Source: the human T2T-CHM13v2.0 reference genome, Homo sapiens. Taken from it: 64,000 bases of DNA. The position numbers and the translations under genes are program-made. Under the pieces are notes generated by a model. That model did no database searches, was not told where the DNA came from, and saw only the letters and a program-made list of their open reading frames with translations. Of this stretch, positions 1 through 9,557 are shown piece by piece (the first letter of the stretch is position 1; each line of letters opens with the position of its first letter). The DNA lies in NCBI RefSeq assembly GCF_009914755.1, contig NC_060926.1; one strand, written 5' to 3'.

Positions 1-239
1 GGTCGTGTAAGCATGTGGTGTGATTAGGGGACATTGTATTTTTCCTTCTGAAACTTTTCATCAAGGAAACTCTGAAACAATACATCTGTGTTTAAGACAG
101 CTTGAGGAACTGATAAGTTGATCATCTATGTCTAAATATTGTGGCCTCCGATAACATCCTAGACCAGTATCTATCAGCCCACCAGGTAGGAAATCGAGGA
201 TTTGATGGAAGAGAAGTTCAGTTTTCATTATTAATGGTG

Positions 240-420
240 AATATTTAGCATGTACACAGAATGCCTGGCACATAGGATTTTAACCAATTTAATCTTCACA
301 GGAATGCTCAAAGTTTAGGAGCTTTTATTGGCACCCCTGTTTTACAGGTGGAAAAGCAAGTGGTTTGTCAGTGAATAAGCCTGGCTTGCGGGCAGGCACG
401 TCTGTCTGCTTGCTCTTAAC
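240..420 (-). mobile_element. Degraded MIR-like SINE fragment(s)
   Basis: agaatgcctggcacatag and aatcttcac...tttacaggtggaaaa resemble MIR core motifs; boundaries and strand approximate. Confidence 0.4.
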
Positions 421-980
421 CGCAGTATTCTCCTGTCTGTTGTCATGGGGAGCAAGTGCTTACCTGTAAGGAATCCTTCCCCACACATTGGTAAAATAAC
501 CCTACAAGATTATTTTAGAAGTTTTGCACAGAGGCAGTATCGTAGCCATGGAGGTTTATCTGGGGTGAGGTTATTGATAATTGAAAATGAAAACAATAAA
601 GACAGAATTATGTTAGGAGACAGACTGTGGCCCTTCATTGGGATGGCATTGGTGTACACAGCACCCTCACAGTCACATCTCTTTGTTCTTGTCTTCCTGG
701 AAGCCCACTTGTTCCTAGGTGAGGTTGGCGGTAACAGGTACCAAAGACTGTTTTTTAAACAAGTCACATGAGTTGCATCTTCGAGGCTGCATGGTTAGGA
801 AAGATGCCTCATTTAAACGCGCAGCAGGTGAGACATGCCCCTCGTTTTGTTCTTGCAGGCCAAGCCCCAGAGTGGGCGTGGTTTTAGGGTGCAGGCTGGT
901 GCTGGGCTGGGCCCCTCGGAGGCTCCGGTCCGCGCTGCGTCGATCCATCCCGGCGCTTGGGCCTGCACGCCGCCGCGCTC

Positions 981-1000
981 GCCGCCGCCGCCGCCGCCGC
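981..1000 (+). repeat. (GCC/CCG)n trinucleotide repeat, ~6 pure units with imperfect 5' extension from ~969
   Basis: gccgccgccgccgccgccgc read directly. Confidence 0.9.
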
Positions 1001-1579
1001 GCTCCCGGGACTCGGCCAGCCCGGCTGGGCGCGCGGCCCGCGGTCCCTTGCACGTCGGCCCCCGTCGCCCGCCCCGCCCCGGCGCGCGTTTCCATTTTAA
1101 ACCGCCGCCCGCCGCCCGCCACCCGCCACCCTTCGGCCGCAGCCGGTGCAGCTGTCCGCGCGTCCCGGAGCCCAGGGAGTGGCGGAGGCTGCGGAACCGC
1201 CGAGCTGTGCAGCCGGAGCGGGAGGATGCGCACGGGCCCCGCGTCGTAGACAATGAAGCCGCGGGCGCCGCCGCCTGCCCTGGGCCCTGCGCACCGCGGC
1301 CGCACCTGCCGGCGAGAGCGCTCTAGCGCCTGACCGGCCGCCTCGCTTGGCCCCGCCGGCCCATGGCTCGGCGCCCCGGGCCCGGACCCCGGCACTCGGG
1401 CGGCGCGGCGCACGGGCCGGCGGGTGCCAGGGGCGCCGTCCCCGCAGCCTGAGTGCGGCCCTCGCGGTCAGCGGGGGGCGTGGGCCACACTCCCGGCCCG
1501 CCTGCCCTCCCCGCTTGGCCCGGCGCCCTCCCGGCCCGCGGGCTCGCTGGATGCGGCGGGGCCCCAGCGCGCGGGCGAC

Positions 1580-2537
1580 ATGTACTTGTTGGACGGCAGT
1601 GGCGAGCCCGCGTCGCCACCCGCGGACGCGATGCCGCGCGGGACGCCCCCCAGAAAGACTGTCTACCGCATCTCCGTGACCATGGTCAGGAAGGAGCAGC
1701 TGGCCGCGCCGGGCTCCGGCGGCCCGGACCCACGCCCGGTTCGGCGGCCCCGGCCCGCGCGCTCCCCGGACGCGCCCGGGAGGCTTGAGGAGGAGGCCGA
1801 GGAGGCGGAGGGCGCCGAGGAACCGGAGGGTCCCCGGCCGCGCGCTTGGGATTTCCGCACCTTCCGCACCCGCAGCACCGGGCAGCTGGAACTGGGGCGG
1901 CTCCGGCCGTGCGCACGCGGCCTGGAACCCGCGGACCTGGCCGGCAGCGCCCCGGCCGAGGAGGAGGGACGCGGCTCGCCCGCGTCCGGCAGCCCCGACG
2001 TGGAGGGGGCCCGGGCCGCGCCCCTGCGGCGGAGCCTGAGCTTCAGGCACTGGAGCGGGCCTGAGGCGCCGCAAGGCCGGACACTGGGCGGCGGAAGGCG
2101 CCACAGCAGCTCCGGGAGCCTGGCCTGGGCGCCGTGCGACGAGGCCGCGGCCGGGACCACCCTGGAGCCCGCGACCGCCACGCAGCCCGCCTCGGAGAAG
2201 CGCAACACCCTGGACGTGGGCGAGGTGCTCAGCAAGAACGACGCGCTCTCGGACCTGGAGCGTTGGGAACGCAGTAAGAGCAAGAACCGCACGCTGGACA
2301 ACAGCGACCTGCAGCGGCTGGAGCGCGCGCGGGCGGCGGCCGGGGCCGGCGCGGCCTCGGAGCACCGGCTGCTGCGCTTCTTCAGCGGCATCTTCGCGCG
2401 CAGGGACGGGGGCCCGGGCGGCGGGCCCTCGCCACGGAGCGGAGCCTCGCGGCCACGCGGCTACTTCAGCCTGCGGCGGGCCCCGGCCGAAGCGCACTCG
2501 TCCAGCGCCGAGAGCATCGACGGCTCCCCGCGCAGAG
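1580..2537 (+). CDS. AGAP1: Alternative coding first exon of AGAP1 (319 aa from ATG 1580, 302 aa from ATG 1631), PIKE-L-like N-terminus
   Basis: Open frame MYLLDGS...SIDGSPRR; donor GAG|GTGGGC at 2537/2538 leaves one base (G) that completes GAT (Asp) with AT at 40571, giving GSPRR-DAFVNSQEW; motifs RKTVYRISVTMVRKE, KSKNRTLDNSDL and RLLRFFSGIF resemble AGAP2/PIKE-L as I recall it. Confidence 0.85.
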
Positions 2538-4857
2538 GTGGGCAGCGTGGCCGGGGGTCCCGGGACGGGAAGGGGCGTGGTGGGGACTTGCCGGTTCCGC
2601 AGCGGCTATGGGACCCGCCCTCCCGGGTCGGGAGCCTGCACGTGGCCTCGAGGGATGCGAACTCGGGTACTGCGGTTTTCCCCAGCAGGGCGCAGCGGTC
2701 CTGGGTTTTCTGGCTGCCCCTGCGCCTGGCTGTGCGTGCTGGTGCCCCTCGGAGTCCACCACCTTCATCAAGGAGAGCTTGACCCGGGAGAGGTCGCCTT
2801 GCCAGCCGGCGCCGACCTCCTTCGCGTGCTCGCTGGGTCTTCTGCGGGAGCGGGCCCTGAGCTGGCTGCCCGCGACACCTGTGGGGCCGCCCCAGGGAGC
2901 CGAGGCTCGCCGGTCGCCGCCGCACAGGTGCGGCTGCCTGGATGGGAGAAGCCGGCATTCATCCTGGCGCCCCTCCCTGCCTCGAGTCGTCTCCCTGTTA
3001 GTGCTACCATCTGTCAGTGTTGTGATGTGGACTCAGCTGACTCCGTGGCCCTCGGTATTGAGCTGGCTGTAAGGACACCTCACTACAGTGGTGGGGCCTG
3101 GGGTGGGACGGAGGCCCCTCTCTCCACAGCTTTCCTGCCAGGTGGCATCTTAATGAGGAGAGCGAGTCTGGGACTGGATTCTGTTTCCTCATAATGTAGG
3201 CTAGCAAAAGGGCAGGAAAACCGCAGCCCTGCAGCCTGTTCTGAAACCTCAGGTCTGTGTTCCCTTAAGTCCTCAGACAGGGACTTTGCATGGAGGGATC
3301 TCCAGCCAGATATGTTATTCTCTGCAGGAATCAGTTAACCTTTTGGTAGCATTTCGGGGTCAGAGCCTCCAGAAACCTCAAAACACAGACTCCATCAACT
3401 GCGCATCACCCTGAGGGGGATTCTGGGGGTGGAAGTGGTGCTAGATTGCTACACCTTATTCTCCTGGGAGGGGGTTGTATGCCTGAAGATATTGTGGCCA
3501 CAGACAAGAGGCCATGCATTTTTACCACCAAAAAAAAAAATATTATTCATCCTCTTATCTGAATTCTTTAACTTGGCTGGTACAGATAAAGGTAGTTGGA
3601 GAGTGGGCTTTTGATTTGCAGTTCAGACTGCTGTGTAACCCACCTCTGGAGAGGGTATTCATCCCAAGTGGACTTAACAGGTCAGCTGACTGCCCCTAGG
3701 GTTTATGTTAAAACCAACTCATGCAAATAAATGACTGTCCTTATGGAAATATTTTTAAGGTAAAGTGAAGATAAAATGGTCATGTTCTAATATGCTCCTA
3801 ATGATCCTCAGAATGTGCTAGAGGATGGTTGAAACCAAGCAGTGGCATGTGCGGTAATGTTAAAATCTGACCTGTTTCACTAGTGAGGCTACACTGTTGC
3901 CACACTTATGTTTAGCTTGTCATGGCACATCTAGTTTTAACCTCCCTTGGAGCACTTACTTTAGAAGGCACTGTATTTAACTCCAACCATTATCCCATCC
4001 CTTCATGTATTCTCTTAAAATATGAGAACATGATGCGTGTTATTTTGTTAAAAGAATTGGTTTGCACGAAGTTGCTCCTGTCATCATTGGCTTTCAGAGG
4101 AAGTTAAGACCTGAAGGTCTCAGTTCTCTAATAGCAGGCTTGCATCTTTGCTCTGTGGACTTGGAAGAAAACAGTAATTAGCTGCCTCGGTTCCAGACAA
4201 GTTTGTATCAGAGAGAGAAAGAAAAACGCACAGACATGATTTAGAGAGAATGCATTTCATTGTGGTCCCTCTTGATACAAGTTAAAAGCATTTGGAGTTT
4301 GGATAGTTCCTCTCTGGTCAAATGGATTGATAGTAGATTTGGAGTAGTAAGGGTGTGAAGTGTGTTGGAATGTTTATAGTAATGCTCAGTTTGTTCCTTG
4401 TGGTCAGTCCTTCTCTGGGCGGAATTACTTTGGTCTGAGACATGATATTACCAGCATTGTGGGTTGTATAGAAAAACGGAAATTTAATGAACTACATTAT
4501 AGCCATATGGTCAGAACTCTAGGGCCTCACTTTTTTCTGAAGTTCTAAGTAATCACATGCTCAAAAAAGCTACATCTTTCACCTGGATAAATTCTTTGCC
4601 TTTGGCTAAAATGTCTGACATGTCAATATTCTTAGGATTTTGGTGATGCCAGTGTCTGTTACAGGTAAAAGGTGTAGCCCCCATAGGTGTCACAACTTCT
4701 CATTTTATTACATTTTTCCAGTCTTTACATATTTGCTTCCTGTGACATAAATTATTCAGAATTTAGGTGCTGTTTAAGATTTTGAATTTAGGTGAGAATC
4801 TCTAAGGTAACAGTCAGATACAGTAGAGCCCAAGCTCAGTTTCCCTGTAAATGTCCA

Positions 4858-5178
4858 TAGGATGCAAGTCCCCAAACCACTGGGGACAGGTGGGTTTGTA
4901 GGACTCGGAAATTTTGGATCTGAGGAAGGTAAAATGGTGTGTGTTATATAGAACGCTGCTTGTGAGATCGGGTGGCGCCCTTTAGTAACACACTAGTATT
5001 TTGCAGCAAAGCCTGAAATATCCATACTCAGTGAAATAAATAGTGATTAAAAATAGCCTCGTGCCAGTTAGAGTCTGGTTTTGCCACCAAAGTAATTTGC
5101 CAGCCATTTATGAAAAGAAGTTCCATTCTCAGACCTTTTTGGATTTCAGATTGACAGCTAAACTATCGTAGACCTGCA
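4858..5178. mobile_element. Old non-autonomous TcMar-Tigger DNA transposon (MER46C-like)
   Basis: Resembles recalled consensus (aaatagcctc...ggttttgccaccaaa...tttttggatttc); subfamily uncertain. Confidence 0.45.
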
Positions 5179-6173
5179 ACGTGATAAGCATCATGAGAAG
5201 CACCACTGGCTTTCTGTACATTTTGGCCATAATGTTTTAAAATTTGGAGTCCTTGAAAATATAAAGGAAATTAGAAGTGACCTCAGCTGGTACAGGTTTT
5301 TCTTCCGTTAGAATCTTTTCATATTCTTTAAAAGAGCTAGTAAATTTTTGAATTGGCTACAGAAATCTAAAGACTAAGTAATTATTGCATTAGTCTATTT
5401 GGCTTAGAGTTAATTGCTTAGGCAAGGTATTTCCATTAGCACAGGGAAGCAAGATGGCTGGAGTCTTATTTTAAAGCACACACAGGCTCCTACATACGTG
5501 TACCTTTGGTTTGCCTGTATTCTGAACTGAAGGCATTAAGGATGAAAGGATTGGAGCACCTACCTTTTGTAGGATGATTCTCTTGTACTGTCTGGTCCTT
5601 GTTGGAACTTGTCTATTTAGGCTCTTCCTAGTTCTTCCCTCTAATGCAGAACAGTTGCCTCGGTGAGTTCAGGGCTGCTCCCTCTGTGTAAGGCTTGCAA
5701 CTGATAGCAGCAAGCCAGCAGACATTCCAGAAAGACCCTGTGTCAGATCAAGGGCAGTTTCGTGTTAACTGATACACATGTGTTAGGGCAGAGTCCGTTG
5801 ACTCAAGTATAATTTAATACAAGGAAAGATCAAATAATAAATGATAAATGACATTGTAGGGGGTCCCCTTGCAGCGCATGCTCTCTGCATCCCAGTGGAT
5901 GCCGTCTGGGCCGGCCCTGGAACCAGCTGTGCTGTGAGTGAAGCCCACACTGGCTATGCCCATCCAGAACATTCGGTGTCTTTAGAGTGTTCTCTTGCTG
6001 TCTGGGAGGATTGATTACAGTAATAAAGTGATTCATTGATACCTCTTACTGAGGTTAGCTTTTAAAATTAGTAATTTACAACTGATTTTTGACAGCACAT
6101 TTTATGAGTGGCTTTGTTCTTTAATTTCTGATTCCCTTGATTTGTATCAGTCAATTACTGTAGGGTGATAGAC

Positions 6174-6452
6174 TTTTTTTTTTTTTTTTTGATGGAGTCT
6201 CACTCTGTTGCCAGGCTGGAGTGCAGTGAGCGATCTCAGCTCACTGCAACCTCCCCCTCCCAGGTTCAAGCAATTCTCCTCCCTCAGCCTCCCCAGTAGC
6301 TGGGACTAGAGGCGCATGCCACCGCACCCAGCTAATTTTTGTGTTTTTAGTAGAGAGAGGGTTTCACCATGTTGGCCAGGATGGTCTCCATCTCTTGACC
6401 TCTTGATCCACCCCCCTCGGTCTGGGATTACAGGCATGAGCCACCACACCTG
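6174..6452 (-). mobile_element. Alu (AluS-type)
   Basis: Poly-T then gatggagtctcactctg...gggattacaggcatgagccacc. Confidence 0.95.
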
Positions 6453-6631
6453 TGGTTTTTTTATTTTATTATTTTATTATTTTTATTTTTTAAACCATTT
6501 ATATTTTTATTTTTTAAACCATTTAAAACAAACAGCCTTCAGTGGAGAACGTGAGGACACAGCAATTAAATGAAATAAAATTACTGAAACAATTTGATAA
6601 AGTTTGATTTTTAAATTTGATTTGTTACTGA

Positions 6632-6958
<327 letters not shown>

Positions 6959-7699
6959 TGAAAAGGACACTAGTAAGGAAACTATGTAATTCAGTGTTTC
7001 TCATTTGAAACATTTTGAACTGATTAGTCTTTTGTTATTAGAATTGATTATCTACAGTGTTTTGTTGTTACAATTGAACATTCCTAGAGTTTGCTTGCTT
7101 TTTGTAAATTACTCCAGATAGCAATTTAGGAAACTCCTCATTATTTTTGTTTAGGGCTAAAATGATTCTCCTGGAGACAGAGCAGTTGTACTTGGGGTAC
7201 AAGGAAGAGCTGTGCTGAACGTCAGCCAGGGAACCTTCTAAGTCACCGCTGTGGGCTGTGTCCTGCTGTTTATTTCCTTAGGTTGGAGCCCAAGTTTCAG
7301 CATAGGTCACCTGTTAACATCTTTCTCTTTGATAAGTCATCAAAGAGACTTGGGCTGGAATATCCTGCCACCAGGGGGAATGTTCAAAAGTACATCTGCT
7401 CCAGAGGTCCTCCAGTGTTGACAGGCACATTGTAGCAAATTATTGGGTTATACAGTTAACAAATACCTTTTGTTTGGAGCTGTAAGACCCAATTATAAAG
7501 CACTAGTAGTTTTTGTCTTTTTAATGCATTAACAAACATATATTGCATGTTTATGGTGTGTTCTGCATTCACTAGGCAGTGGAAGCTGGAGCTAACTAGA
7601 GCACAGTTCCTGTCTTCAGAGGTCAGTAGCATACTGGAGGAGATGGAAAAGATTGAATGAATCACAGCCTCATGGGGTACTTGAGGGATGATATGACTA

Positions 7700-8030
7700 T
7701 TTCTCTGCATAGCATATCTCCATTAGAGCACTAGTCCACTGTGTAACAATAACCTTGCATACATGCCTGCCACTTCTAACTAGTGAGTCCTTCCTGGGCA
7801 TGAAGCACGTATCATTCCTCTGTGTACTGCAGAGTTGTAGACACTGTGCTTGACACATAGATTTTAGTAAATGTTTATGGGTGGAACTAATGAGAGAACT
7901 AGAAGAGGGAGTGAATTGAATGTTCTTGAGTTAATGGGAAGGAGTTAATGAAGGCCTCACAGAGGGGCAAATGAGCTGGATCTTGTAGGATCTGTAGGAG
8001 TTTACCAGGTAGAGAAGAGTGACTCCACCA
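7700..8030. mobile_element. Degraded L2/MIR fragments
   Basis: cactgtgcttgacacatag...agtaaatgttt resembles an L2 3' end; gaaggcctcacagag...gagctggatcttg resembles L2. Confidence 0.4.
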
Positions 8031-9385
8031 GCAAGGTGTTTGGGATTTCTATAGTTAATTGTTAAGAATTTATTCCTGTTCCCCAGATCCTTATGACTAA
8101 TGCCAACACTAAACATAAAACAGGATGTTACTCTTTCTACAATGAGCTTTGGTGTTTTTGTTTTTGAAAAATATTTTCGGTATATGGTTTTTGTTTCTGA
8201 TAGGAATTCTCCTTTAGGCTATTGTCAATTTGTTTTCCTGTAATGATTTGAAACAATTATATTAACTTAAAATGATGTCACAATGAGTGAAATAATGAAA
8301 AAAAGTTATAGTTATTGAGGGTAGTCTCATGATGAGATAAAGTGCATACAGCTGCACTCATGTCGCCAGGTGATTAAGAACAGAATTGGTATTAAGGTCA
8401 ACGGATTAGCAAAAAGGGAGGAGATTATTGTCTTTTCATTATTTTGAAAGAAGTACCATCTGCCCTTGATTGTTTTGGTTTAGGTTTTATTCAGCCCAAA
8501 TTAGAATCCGCTGTGGTGTTGATTGTTCCTTGTTGGTGATAGCCCTAGAACTGTGTTTCCCATCGTTGATACTTGCATTCACGTTTGCTAGTTCTCTCTT
8601 CTCCTGTGAAGACATGAACGTAGCTGCTCCTTTAATTACATTTAGCTAGTTTTAATTCAGAGATGGCTATTGGCCCTTTGTTTTCTTACCATCTTTTATT
8701 GTGTTCATTTTCCTAGTTGATTTTTAATGGTGACATCACTAACAGCTCTAAAGACTCAAAGCTTACCAGACAGCACGCTTCCCTGGGTCAGAAGATGAGA
8801 GTCCTCTCCTCTCTCATTCAGTACCAGGGTGTACCAGTGAGAGGCTTGTGAAGGGATTGTTTCGGCGACTCCTTATCTAAGAAATGAAGATAATTTTTAT
8901 GAGGTGCATTTTGGTCTGTGGGAGTGGAAGGGAAAATGACGGTTTCTTTCCTATACTGTCCTTTGTTTGGAATGGTGAAAATGTTTTGAATCTGTTTCTG
9001 GTGTGATCGTTAGGTCCAAGATTTCACGTGACGTTGTGTGCCGGGTGTTGTGGTCAACACACAGGAATGCTCCTTTATTCTCTGTACGGCCTTTGGGTGC
9101 ATCATTTGAGTGGATGTTCATTTGCTTGAGACGATTGTCAGAGGGAATCTTGTGTGCCCTTTGCTCTCTGTGCCTGTCATTGCGAGGGTTTCTTTGAGCC
9201 GGTCTGCTGACCGTCAGGCACTTGAGATTGACTCGGTGAACAATGCCGCCAGCCTTTCTGATGCGGCTCCTGCCCTCTCTGACTCCTACACAGGATCAGA
9301 ATCACTCAGATATCACTTCTGTTGGTGGAGGCGAGAGAAGAATATTTATCCAGTTTCTGCCTTTCTGCCCCCATTAGCTCTTTAC

Positions 9386-9386
<1 letters not shown>

Positions 9387-9429
<43 letters not shown>
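9387..9429 (+). repeat. Pure A43 homopolymer not attached to a recognisable retroelement
   Basis: Counted directly; no Alu/L1 body upstream. Confidence 0.9.
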
Positions 9430-9430
<1 letters not shown>

Positions 9431-9454
9431 CAAAACCAGTTATTCTGTGAAAAT

Positions 9455-9557
9455 ATGCAAAGCAGAGTTTTGGCCTTGAGGATGCGTATTTGTGACTTGC
9501 TTTCCTGTACAGTAAGTGCTGCCGCCTCAGGAGCGGGCGCAGTCGCTTATGGTGCCG
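9455..9557 (+). CDS. Candidate short alternative first coding exon of AGAP1 (34 aa)
   Basis: aatATGc (A at -3), MQSRVLALRMRICDLLSCTVSAAASGAGAVAYGA, donor CCG|GTGAGC in phase 1, matching the 40571 exon; local CpG cluster. Confidence 0.35.

Larger units (their letters stand above)
890..2950. promoter_or_regulatory. AGAP1: Intronic CpG island / alternative promoter of AGAP1
   Basis: About 2 kb of very GC- and CpG-dense sequence against CpG-poor flanks; tandem GC boxes (CCCGCCCCGCCCC ~1068-1080), (GCC)6 at 981-998; contains an exon-like ORF ending at a splice donor. Confidence 0.9.

Noticed and set aside
1424-1579. ORF-track start at GTG 1424 giving a 452-aa single-exon protein
   Set aside because: Non-ATG start taken from the ORF caller; homology begins at ATG 1580/1631 and ends at the 2537 donor
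1097-2497. 466-aa and 242-aa antisense ORFs and other overlapping ORFs in the CpG island
   Set aside because: Stop codons are scarce in very GC-rich DNA; these are shadows of the + strand exon with low-complexity Arg/Gly/Pro/Ala products and no recognisable homology
4654-4670. CAG|GTAA recursive-splice-like junctions (also ~56112)
   Set aside because: Poor polypyrimidine tracts and weak donors; expected by chance in 64 kb
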